From contig NW_020843367.1 in NCBI RefSeq assembly GCF_003704095.1, forward strand, positions 1-64,000: DNA of 64,000 bases, read 5' to 3'. Origin of the DNA: Pocillopora damicornis. Lineage: Eukaryota. Shown here piece by piece: positions 1-11,644 of the stretch; within the stretch, counting starts at the first letter, position 1; each line of letters starts with the position of its first letter. The position numbers and the translations under genes are program-made. The notes under the pieces are model-generated. The model was given only the letters and a program-made list of their open reading frames with translations, ran no database searches and was not told where the DNA came from.

Positions 1-130
1 CCAACACTTTTAGAGCACAAAAGAAGTAAGTGACACATTGTAGAGTTGAGCTTCTCCAAAAAATCCTTTACACCCTATTTTACACACAACACCAAAACTA
101 CATTAAATCAACTACACCTGTAGCTCTTAC

Positions 131-3100
131 CCTGTAAGTACTCTTTAATCTCTCTGTCTACATTTTCTCTTTGTTTGTCAGCACTAAATTCTTGATACCC
201 TAGGACCCACTTTAAAAGCCATGGACAATCACATCTGCTGTATGGCTGGAAAATATCACAAGGTCTTTGCTGAATACAACATTTCACTGCAGATATCAAT
301 TAACTTGTAGGTGATAGTTTGTCTAATGATATAGAGTCATTATCAGTAGTAGTAATAGTAGTATATGGCTTCATTTATTTTAACTACTTCTGCCAGGCAA
401 TGGGGTCGAGTCACCACAGTAACAAAGGTTTAAAATTTCAGTCAGCTCTGTAACCACTTGCAGTATAAGCTTTAAACAGCACTTATCACAGACCGAAAAA
501 GTCCACAAACAAATTGTCAAGCTAGTTTGTGAATCAGATTCAAATGTGGCATGTTCCAGCCACCAGTCCAGATACTGGTCAGCAAAATCACTTGAAAGTT
601 TATAGAAACAGTGAAACTTTATCTTTTTAATCAGAAATTAATAATAAAGATATTTCTCAATTTTGTTTACTTTTGATTTTTTGTCTTAAAGTAACAAGCC
701 CCCTCCCAATTGTCTGAGCTGAATTTTAAGACTGAAACTCAGTCATTAAGACAACTTATAGGTCAGACTAACCATAACACTAGGAAGTATTGTTTCAACG
801 GCAACATTATCCAGGCATGTAACATGATTGGTGACAACAAGCTGTAAAGAATAAATGAAAAACATGTACACCACAGTTAATTGTCCTTTTGTTCAAGAAC
901 TTTTAAGTTTTGCAGTTTTTGAGATGATGACATTCTGTTCTCATTCTCAGAGTAATTTAGCTTTCTAGAAGTTATTAAATAAAACACAGTGATAAGTTAT
1001 CGACAGGGCACTCATAATTATCTATATGACCCTGTAAACTATGGTGGGGAGCAAGTTTTGTAGACTAATCACAGCATGAACACAAGCAAAACCAATGAAA
1101 TACTGGATTTCTTTTGATGCCAAAACACAAACAGTTCTTAGCAAATAAGCAATGTTGAAGAATCTTTATTAGTACCTTATGCTGATCTTTATCAAAGTTT
1201 TCAAATCCCTCATGGGTTACAGCAATCCCTAATATCTTACTAGATACTCTGAGAAGAATCCTACAAAATCAAAAGGAACACAATTTTAGCTTCTCATGTT
1301 AAGGCCTTTAAGCACATCTAGTTTATTAAAATAATTTTGTAATACTAGTGATCATTAAATACTAGTATTTTAATACTAGTGATCATTAAAATAACTCATC
1401 TAATTAATTTCACATTGAGCTGGAACATATAATATTTTGGTAATGGTAATGCTTGTAAACATATTTAAAAAGTATTGGATCATTTCAAACATGTCAAAAG
1501 ACAATCATTTCTATTCGATTGGTAGTCTTTCAAGACACATCTTAGTTCTTTGGCACCAGCATTTTTTTTTTCTGAATAAAGACTCTGTCTTTACTTCACA
1601 CTATATATGCATACCTGCATATGTTTACTCACTCATTTGTGACAGTCAAGTTTAGACACCACCTCAATACCATTCCTCACTTTAATTTTCCAGATATGTA
1701 AATTTCATAGGTATGTAAAAACAATGCGCAAAGCATTTGAAAAGCAGGTCCAATTTATACACCTGTACTGACTTCATTGTATTTAAAGCTTGAAGAGTGA
1801 TAAACAAAGTGGTAATAGAAACAGATATTTCTTGCATCCCTACTATTCAAGGAAATGAGAGAGGAGGGGTGCACTTACCCTTGAGGGGTGCTTGTTTGAC
1901 ATTGTGGTACAGGGGGGTGACACTTATTGAGTGGACGACATTTATTAGAGCATTGGCATATATTCAAGGAGATACAGCATATGTGAAAGCTTGCACTCAT
2001 GCATGCAGTTTTCAAGCTATAATTGGAATTTGTGGTTAAACCTGACCACACATGAATTTTAATCTCAGGCCTTCTTAGGAGCAGCTGTACAGTGACATAG
2101 TTTCTCACCTCCTTATTATTGATCCTTTGGGTAACACTGTCAACATAAGAAGGAGCTGAAGTCCAAAGAAGATTCTGAATATCACAAGCAGGAGGCCACA
2201 TGGAATATATAACAATAGTGGTAATGGTCCTCCACCACCTGGCAGCCTAGAATCAAACAAACAAAACAATAACTTCATGTAATAATTATTTAGCAAGTGA
2301 AATTGCCCCCTTTGCACAGTCTCCCTAAGGTCCATAGCCCTACATGAAGCTCCATTGCTGCAAAGTATGGTTGAGTTGCCCCAATCATGAGGTCAAGTCA
2401 CTCTCAATCAGTTTTTGCTTCCTTCTCAGGGTAGACTCTTGTGAAGGCACTCATCGTTTGAAGGTTTTGATACTCAGGCTGTTGACCTTCCAAGCTTTGA
2501 AACTGAAACTATGTCAAAATATGTTTAAAAACTTATACTTAGGTCATAAGTTGGGAGGGATATAACAATGATATGGAGTAATAGAACGTGGGGAAACTTT
2601 GCTAGGGGGTGATGTCACATACAAATAATAATCGTAATAGTCTAATTTTTGGCTCAATTGACTCAAAATTGATAAGGTCATACATTTACATATTAGAGGA
2701 CAGACTATTGAAAAATATTGTCACCAGATAACAAGTGCTTCTAGCTGTGAGTTAACATAACAAACATATATTAGTAGGCTCCATGTATTTGTTTATTGTA
2801 AGGAAATATGATCGCAAAGGAAATTTACAAAGTAAATGATACTTTGAAGTGACAACTTGATTTTCAAAAGTTAGCGCTTTTACTCACTCTCACTTTTAGT
2901 CACTCTCCTTTCTGTTAGCCAGTCTTCTAAAAGTGTTATTTACAGGAATTTGGTTCTGAGCTCGAGATCTACTATTGTGTTCTTTAGGTTGATGCTTTCA
3001 TCTTTTTATATATCTTTTATCACAGTGTTGTCCTAAAAATAATAGCTGTAGTAAATGCCTGTCTAATTTAGTGTCCATAAATGTGAATCTATATCAAAGT

Positions 3101-3240
3101 CTCGTTCTTTATATACGAGGAATTGCCCTTGTATTATTCTAAACTTCGTACAGGTTTAACTTGAAATAATATGATCAATACTTGATGCCATTTTACCTGT
3201 CACGATCCAGTAAGTCCGTAAGTCTCAAATCTAAGGCCAT
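131..3240 (-). CDS. AUP1: AUP1 (ancient ubiquitous protein 1, lipid droplet/ERAD factor), 5' part: exons 3240-3197, 2246-2109, 1260-1176, 841-773, 245-131
   Basis: Spliced translation with GT-AG sites and consistent phases: MALDLRLTDLLDRDRLPGGGGPLPLLLYIPCGLLLVIFRIFFGLQ...LVVTNHVTCLD (HxxxxD acyltransferase-like motif)...PWLLKWVLGYQEF...EYLQ-G. Resembles the AUP1 N-terminus (RLPGD..LLLYAPVG..LRLFLG; ISNHVTPFD). Ends in phase 1. Confidence 0.88.
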
Positions 3241-3674
3241 CTTCTCTTATAAAACACCAGAAAGCAGTCTTAGCCCATAAAAGAACAAAATGAAAATAAT
3301 TTAACNNNNNNNNNNNNNNNNNNNNNNNNNNNNNNNNNNNNNNNNNNNNNNNNNNNNNNNNNNNNNNNNNNNNNNNNNNNNNNNNNNNNNNNNNNNNNNN
3401 NNNNNTGAATAACCACAACCTTTTCTACGAAATTAAAAGAGGAATAGTTCCCACTCAGGTGATGGTATTGATGCATTTGCCTTCAAATTATCTTTTTTCC
3501 CTGTAATCAAACACTTAGATCTAGAATATTTTTTTCTAACTAACAGCATCTGTAGCAATCAAAATGTTATTTGAAGTTAAAGAAATGTTTCTAACTTATA
3601 GTGGCAATAGTTTGATCCTTATTTCATTGTATATCTATTGTTGTTGCAATTATAGTTTTTTTTCTTTTGTTCAG

Positions 3675-6600
3675 GGTCTGACTTTCCTCTTCTGGCATTT
3701 CCAGAGGAGAAAATAACCAATGGAAAGAGAGGCCTTTTAAAATTCAAGTATGTATCATACAGTTTTTCTTAATCTTAATCTAAATCTAAATCTATTGAGT
3801 CAGTAAAATCACACAACATCACACAAACTCTAAAAATAATAATAACAATAATAATGTTAAAAATCTAAGAGCTTAACATAATACAATAATATAAATTCTG
3901 AATAAAAACTAGTACAGTAGAATATTAAAAACAACTGAGTACCTTAGATCTAAAACTGTTAACAGACAATGTATTTTCTGCCATTAACAATGATTAAGTA
4001 CTTTTAAAGAAATTTTACACTTTTTAGATGAGCAGTTTTATTTTCGTTCAGTTCCTTGTTGACCAAAAGTGAAGTTCACAAAGTAACTCAGCTGCCATCA
4101 TAGTGTGTAAAGTAATAACACCCAACATTTTACTGCATATTTAGTACCTTTCTAAGGCTTGAAACTTAATGTAGTTAAGTTTCAACCAAATTATATATTT
4201 TAGTAGTGTTTATTTATGTTTTGTGTTTATTTACTATGTAAAAGCTTATCGCAATTTAAGCTTAGTTCTTCATGAATTATTGGCTATTGGGGCCAGGATC
4301 GTGGCATTGGCATTTGGTCGTGATAATTACCAATATTGACTGTCAACTTGATAAGTTCAAAATGTGACTGATGAATAATTTGATGCATTTCTGACAAAGT
4401 TTTTTTGGTTTTCCTTACTGTTACAGCTCATGGTGTTTCCAGTTTAGCAGCACTGTATTACCTGTAAGTGGTATTACTGGCAATATCTTCTCTGTCTTTG
4501 AATAAATTTTACCTCAATAACTAAGATTAACACAATTCTAGTCACTGATGGGTAAGGGAGTTGTAAAGATTAATATCATGGAAATGGTTTGGAATTCATG
4601 CAAAAGTAATGTACAGTTAAAAATTTATTTTCCAAGGTCTTGGAAGATTAGGGAGAAGTGTGTTTTTCTTTTAGTTCCAGTATTCCAGTATTTGTGTTTA
4701 TCTTCAAATACCTTTCTAATGATATAATTTTTTGATTTTTGCAGGCAGTAATCACAGTGAGACGCCCTCTTTTTGTCCCAATACCCCCTGTGAGTTTGTA
4801 TTCTCATTCAGTAAAATAGTTTTGAAATTGTAACTTACAGAGGGTGGTTCTGGAAGTAAACTTCTAAGGATTTTCCGTTACTTTCTATAATCTTAGATAT
4901 GTGGGCATTCTGAAAATTTTGCACTAAAGAGAGTTTTGGTAGCTTTTAGAAAGTAGAAGGATTTGCATTAGAGGATTATGCTTTCCTATCAATATTTTGC
5001 CTCAAATACATTCTTTACCCATGGATAGGCCGCAGGTTTTTATTTGAAAAAAAGGGATGAAACTTGGGGGTACAGCTTAATATACACTATTGAAGCATTT
5101 TGACACCAGCATCAGTAAAGTGTTTTTCAAATTGTTGTACTTCTCTATTATTTCAAAATGAACATCACTTTAAAATTACTTTAATTGGTAATTGGTTTCA
5201 TTACAACAGCTACGTGATCTCTGATTGCAATTCACTAATTATTTTTTTTCCACAAACATTAATCAAAAATTTGTGGAGCAGCCCATGCATGGGTGCAACA
5301 TATGTGCTGGTAAATACAGAAAATATTTGCATTCTGACTGTTTTCTAAGTAGAATATGATATTTTCATTTCTTGAGTTAACACAACCCCAGCTTACCATT
5401 TGTAGGTCACTTGACCAACTGTTACAAAAGGCCTTTTCTGATAAATTGTTTCCTTTGGTTTGTTATTTATAAGTTAAGAAAAGAAAAACTCAGCACATCG
5501 ACAATTAAGTTTTTGGCTGTCAGTTTGAGATAAACAATCAACTAATATTATAAATGTATAGTTTCCAGCTTCAGATAAGTAATGAAACAAACATTAAGTT
5601 TAGACTGAAAGCCAAAAGCTTCAGATTTTAAGATTGACTTTTGCTCAAAGAATGGCCTTTTATGGAAAGATGAATTTCAAGTCCTAGTTGCTCTTCTATT
5701 TTAAATCCACCAAAACTTGTTTATCATAAAGGAATGCTATTATAATAATAAGACAATGATATAAAGAAAAGTTTTTAAAACTGTTTCTCTTTTCGATAGC
5801 ATGTTTTAGGAAGTGGTTGGTGGCAGGACTTTTCTTGGTCTTTGTTTGTACCATATACACTTTACAATATAAGGTGAGTTCCTTCAGGGGCCAGTGTCCC
5901 ACAATGAGGGTATATTTTTAAAGAAACAGTGGTGCTGCATCAGTAAGGGGGAGTAACAAAGATAATTTGGGTTAACTCCCTCTGATTCTCTTTGCTTTAA
6001 AAAAGGGCTTACTCCTAAGGGATCGATCCTTATGAGCTCCCAGTGAAATGAAGCCTTTTTGTTATAACTTTAATTAATTATTCTGGTTGAGTTTTCTGCT
6101 CATATAGCAGATGCCTATTTTAGCATACAAGAGAAATATTAGCTCAGCTCTTGATTGCTAATCAAAAATATTCATATCTTTAAAATCTTTTTGTTGTTTT
6201 ATGCCATAGATATTTTCATTCATGACAATCAATATCAGTACCTTCTAATTTATCTTTTTTCCCCAAAATCCTGTGGATGATCAGAAACCTTTTTTAATAC
6301 TTTTTTGCAGATTTCTTCCTCCAGTAGAATCCAAAGTAGAATCCAAAGCAGAAGACATTTCCAGTGATATACAGAAGGTGTGACACTCCTCCACCCTGGT
6401 CTTATATTTATTTTTTATTCCTAAATTACTACTAAAATACAGCAAAAGAAATTTGTCAAAAGAGTTGGACTCAGTTGTTTGAAATTCTCAAAGCATAGTT
6501 TCCTACATTGCATGTAAGTTATATATACCCTAACCCATTTTTAACATGATGCAATTCATGGATAAATTTCTCCGATGAGAGCCGATCAGATTGCAAGGAT

Positions 6601-9006
6601 CACCAGCGATTTCAAAATGCATGTAATAATGGCTAAAATGCACCAAGGAGGTTATTCCAGAATGCATCAATTTCAACTAATCACCTGTAGGTAGATGTGA
6701 GTGACAGTGACAGAGAAAATCATTAATTTCGACCTCAATACTTGACAATGACCAGAAGTTGAATGGCAACACAGAAAGTACCATTTTGTGACATTTATAC
6801 AAATTGTGACTAGATTTTCAGCGCCAATAGTTGTATAGATTGTCTACAAGTTTTTTTCAGTGACAAGAGTACACAATTTGGCATTCATTGCATGATAATG
6901 TTTGTTCTTGATATTGCAGCACATGGCTAGTTCCTCTGGGCTGACACCCACAAGCTTCACTGCTCAGGATGTAAAAGACCTGGAAGCAGGTATACCTTTT
7001 CTTTTAAAAGAGCATCAGTGAAGTCAAGTCTCAGAGGCCTAAAGTGACCCATAATTTTTGCTGCTTGTCTTCAGTTGCTATATCATAGAAGGATTACTAG
7101 GAATAATGCCTCCAGGATGGAGTGCTAGTTCATAGCAAGTTAACCCCCTGCCACCCCTCTCTCCAACAATTCGTCTGATTTTCACAGACAGTCTTATAGA
7201 ACCAATTTTATTCATCTGGATGGAGATCAGAGGAGCATTGTGAAGGCAATTCAAAGTATCTTGTGCAAGAAACTTAACACAATGATGCAACCAATGTGTC
7301 TTGCTCCAGGCAGGCCACTGTGCCTGGTTACCAGTTTGTCACAGCATTTTCTATAGTTTGACTGCAAGAACTTTGGATGCTCAAACAATTAAAAAAAATT
7401 CTTTGCACAAAACTCATCTTTTAAATATAATTTATTTGTGTGTTGTGTTGTAGTTCATAAAAATCCCCAATCTCAGGAACCTAAGTCAGCCCCAAATGGA
7501 AGCACCCCTCCCAGTCAGCCCCTGAACAGTACAAGTCGAAACACAAGGCTGGCAAGAATGGTACAGCAGGTTAGAGAAGTACTTCCTCAGGTTCCCTCAT
7601 CAGCTATATCAAGAGATTTGAGTAAGTTGGTTTTAATTACAAAATTTGAGTAACTATTTCTGTCATGAAACCAATTTGTAATATATTAGACAAATGGAAC
7701 TTGATTCCAGTTTTATCTTTTCAAGAGATTTTGATTAGCTAGATATTTAACAAACTGTTCTGAATGTTTTGTCTGTGCTGTAAATCATAAATGAATGATT
7801 TATTAAAAGCTATAATTTCTGTTTATTATGTTCGTTGGAGGGTTGTCGATCACCTTGTAAAGCGAGGTGTGCCAACTACTTTTTCCACTCATTAGTTATA
7901 TTATTGTGAAGTAATATGTTGCATGTTTAATCAGTGCTGTAAATTGTTTAATATTAACAGCTAGATATAGTTTGTTACTCATGTCAATTGTGCATCATTT
8001 GAAGTTAATCACTACATCTTGCCCAGTTAGAAGGAGTATTTTTAGTACAGAGTAGAACAATGTAATGATTTAAACCTTACATCTACATTGTAGCTTTTCA
8101 GTCATTGCTCATTGCTACAAAGTAAGCTGAAGAACTGAAGTGCACACAACCAACCATAGTCTGACATCTCCTTACCTTTTTAGCCCACCCCTCCTAAATG
8201 CATGGCATGTTCTCTTTATTCAAGGTCAGACACACTGTGTTGATACAACTATCACCAATATTTTGGAAGGAAGAGTCAGCTACACACCAGAGAAAGAGGA
8301 CAGGGAAGCTAAGTCAGATAGTGATGGGAAGACTGCCTCTTCAGGGAATGCTAATGAAGTGAGTGTTTTTGTCATGACAGTGAGTCAGGGCAATCCAGTG
8401 TGTTTGTTTGTTCTTTTTTAATCAAGACTATTTCTTTCAGAAAACTTCAACTACACCTCAAATAAAATTTTCACGAAATTCAGAGGAAAGGCAAAGACTT
8501 CTTAATCAAAGGAAAGCACAAATGCTTGAGAATGCAAGAAGGTAAAAAAGAAAAACATTGCAAATTTCATGCTATATATAACACTGTTATCACAAATGTA
8601 ATGAATGTACAGTCTATTCCTATTTACTGAAATTGCATGATTACTGGAATAATACAATAAGGATCAAGCAACATGTATTGAGTGACAGGAGTGATAGAAG
8701 TAACCCAGAATCAAATTGGTTTTGTTGTTACATTGATGTAGGACTGGTCCAGAAAACTAGTGCCACCCTCTTAGTCAGTCAGATGCAAAATTAAAGCCAA
8801 TCACATCCTGGTTGTATTTTCTTGTGCTTCAGACAGTTTGCTTGTTTTTACTTTTAGTTCTCAATTGCCCCTTCCTTTGCTGTGATTGGCTTTTGTGATT
8901 ACTTTCAATGGGTTTTAGTTTCAGAACACTCCATCCAAAGGGGTTTTAAAATAACTTACCTTTCTTTTGTTTTTATTTCAGGCGCTTTAGAGATAATCAG
9001 CTTTAA
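3675..9006 (+). CDS. AUP1: AUP1, 3' part: exons 3675-3747, 4427-4463, 4745-4789, 5800-5873, 6311-6377, 6920-6989, 7454-7621, 8225-8358, 8441-8541, 8982-9006
   Basis: Starts in phase 1. PLLAFPEEKITNGKRGLLKFNSWCF...WSLFVPYTLYNIRFL; CUE domain MVQQVREVLPQVPSSAISRDLSQTHCVDTTITNILEG; G2BR-like tail SEERQRLLNQRKAQMLENARRRF; TAA at 9004-9006. Confidence 0.9.
7105..7290. mobile_element. Degenerate SINE body (ACC.ATTT.....CTGG.TGGAG...AAAGT.TCTTG..CAAGAA..AACACAATG motif); related copy at ~18070-18200
   Basis: Recognisable conserved SINE core motif; heavily decayed. Confidence 0.45.
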
Positions 9007-10314
9007 GACTAGGAACACTGATGATCATAATTATTTTGTGTTTCTTGGAAGTCACCTGTTCCATACTTCACTTTAAAGTTTGTTTTCCCTGAAATACATG
9101 TTAGTTTGATAGGGTATCCTAGTCCCCATCTTTGTCTAGCATCTTTTGCTTCAAATTTGTAGTTTATATATATTTATCATCCATAATTATTATTTTTATC
9201 TTCCTGATAATTCATACTTAGTCTGGCAGATCTATGAGTTTACATTGTCTTTTCTCCATATCTGACTTTTTACTTGTGGCTTGGGGTTTTGTGTGCTTCA
9301 AGTATGTTGTGTAATGCCAGTTGATATTTAATAGAAGATGACTTAATTTTTAGAACAAGTAGTTTATGAATTGCTCCCTATTAATAATTTTTCACACAAA
9401 ATCCAGAGGGATGCACTAAGTGAATTGATTTTAGGATAAAGTTTGTCATGTACCTAAAGTATGTGTACTTGACATTCTAGCTGGGTGATAGACTTGGAGA
9501 TAAATATTGGAATGCATACTGAGTCAAGAAAAAATAGTAACCTACTGGGTAAGCAACATGTTGGGTATTGTTAAGAATATTTTTTCAGATTTCAATGTAA
9601 TGTTGTCGGAATGCATTGACCAACACCAACATTTAGTATTATAGAATATTCACTTTTTTAAAATTTCAAAAGATATCAGGCACATACAGTGTAAATCTTC
9701 AATAGGACCTCAATAGAAGTGTCATTCTGTTGGGAACCAATAAGAGCTAGAAAGCCAACTGGCCTTCAAAACTCCTTACAAATGAGAGGGTGAATAGGGT
9801 TGTCTATCATTAATAATTATTCCTATAATAATTGATTTTCCTAAGAGTAACTAGAGTATAAATGTTAGTAGTAACAGGTTATATTATTAATAGCTGCATA
9901 TTAACATATTTATGAAAAGTGAATCCTACTTGAGCAGAAAGCAGGCCTAAAAGTATAGTTGGGTTTGTGAGATGAATAAATGCATAACCTAACCCTTTCA
10001 AGTTATTGTTGGATGTTGTAGTGTTTGCATAATGCAAACATTTTTTTTCAACAATCAGGGCTGGGTCTCCTTCCAGTAGTGTTTTTGAATTGCTCCCAGT
10101 TTGACTCCTCAAAACATCGTGATCAAGTATTTACAGTAGAACCCAACCAACTAACTAAAACCAATTAACTATAACCAACTAAAAATTGCTCCCAGTTTGA
10201 CTCCTCAAAACATCGTGATCAAGTTTTACAGTAGAACCCAACCAACTAACTGGGTTTATTTTAATCAATAAATAGTTTAATCCGGTGTAAAAGGAGTCCA
10301 TGCTATAGGTAAAT

Positions 10315-10614
10315 GAATAAAGGAGTAAGTTCTAAAGAAACTGTGGTGCTGTATTGGTGGGAGAGTATAGCAGGTAATTTAGTGTTAACAACTGAGTTGA
10401 AAACGTAAATTAGCCACCATAAAGGGTAAAAAAGCTGATGTTTCAAGCGTTAGCCCTTCATCAGAGCGATTTGTTGACGATTCGTCAGAGCCCTCCTTCG
10501 TCGATTCGTCAGAGCCTATCACTCTGACAAAGGACTAACGCTTGAAACATCAGCTTTTTTACCCCTTACGGTGGCTAATTTACATTTTCAACTCAGTTGT
10601 TAACACTAAATTAC
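10315..10614. mobile_element. Palindromic hammerhead-bearing dispersed element (other copies at ~14433-14629, 25791-25966, 35388-35634, 39683-39908, 44693-44906)
   Basis: About 95-bp inverted arms (GTAATTTAGTGTTAACAACTGAGTTGA...GCCACC...AAAGCTGATGTTTCAAGCGTTAGCCCTT) plus a unique tail (AAGAAACTGTGGTGCTG..GGGAGAGTAT), recurring six times. Confidence 0.75.
10434..10467 (-). ncRNA. Minimal type-I hammerhead ribozyme motif in palindromic repeat
   Basis: Minus strand: GCT-CTGATGA-A-GGGC-TAAC-GCTT-GAAAC-ATC-AGC; helix I GCT/AGC, core intact, AUC site. Confidence 0.6.
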
Positions 10615-11644
10615 ATCCTATAGGTAGATGCAAATGATAAATTAGTTTAGGTAATAACATGATTAGGAATTTGGCTTTAATAAGCCAATACCCCAAGTCA
10701 TCCTTTTACACTTAACTAGCAAATCATGTGAAGCTATGCAGAGCAAGGTTTGCATACTAAGTAGGTACCTTCGAGATATTTACACTTTACAAAATCATTT
10801 TCTACCTTAAATTTCGTAGTCTTCCAACTTGTGTTGATGAAATATGCACTGATTTTCAGCCAATCAGAAGCACTCAGTTTTTTATGTACATTATTAAAAG
10901 TATTTATTAATCTTTTCATCCCCAAGACTTCATTAGTAATTCTCCTTACTGTCTACCATACAATTCTTGTGATGTGAGTTTGGAGAATTTGGTATTGTAT
11001 CAACTAACAATCCCCTAATTAATATTTTTCATTTTCTCATCACTTGTCTGCTTGATGTTGGATTGACATTGTAAGGGAGAAATTCTGTCTTGTCACTTAT
11101 GGGAGTTGAGGGGTTTTGACTTTCACATTTACATAACTCCAGATGATAGACAGCCAGTGAAGTGTATGGTCCTATGTGTTAGTTGCTTATAATCATCTCA
11201 TATTCAACAAGCATGTGTTTATGCTCATAGTAACTATTACCAATTTTTAAGAAAATTAAATTGAAATAAAAAGAAAACAAAAGAACCTCTTTGGGGGAAA
11301 CCAGCAGTGATATGACAATTTAAAAATTAAAGTAATTTTTTCCTAAGAATCAAAGTTGTATCATTTGTTAACTTTTTAGTTTTCTCTTTCCTGATCTATG
11401 CCACAACTTTTCATAATAACAAGGGTTGGATAAATTTGGCAACATTGTAAATCCATCATTTTCTGGGAGACTTATAATTACTAAAAGTTAATTAACACTG
11501 GACAAAACTCAGAAGAAACTTGAAATATAATTAAAATTTGGCAAGCATTAAAAATTTAAACTTCATGTATTGAGTTCTTGCTTAAAACTGTTGGCCTATT
11601 TAATGTTGGAATTCTATAATTTGTCTGATTTTAAAAGCACTGTC

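Noticed and set aside
5406-5457. Possible AUP1 exon with in-frame TGA (Sec/readthrough) or frameshift
   Set aside because: Exon 4745-4789 (AVITVRRPLFVPIPP) supplies this segment in the correct phase.
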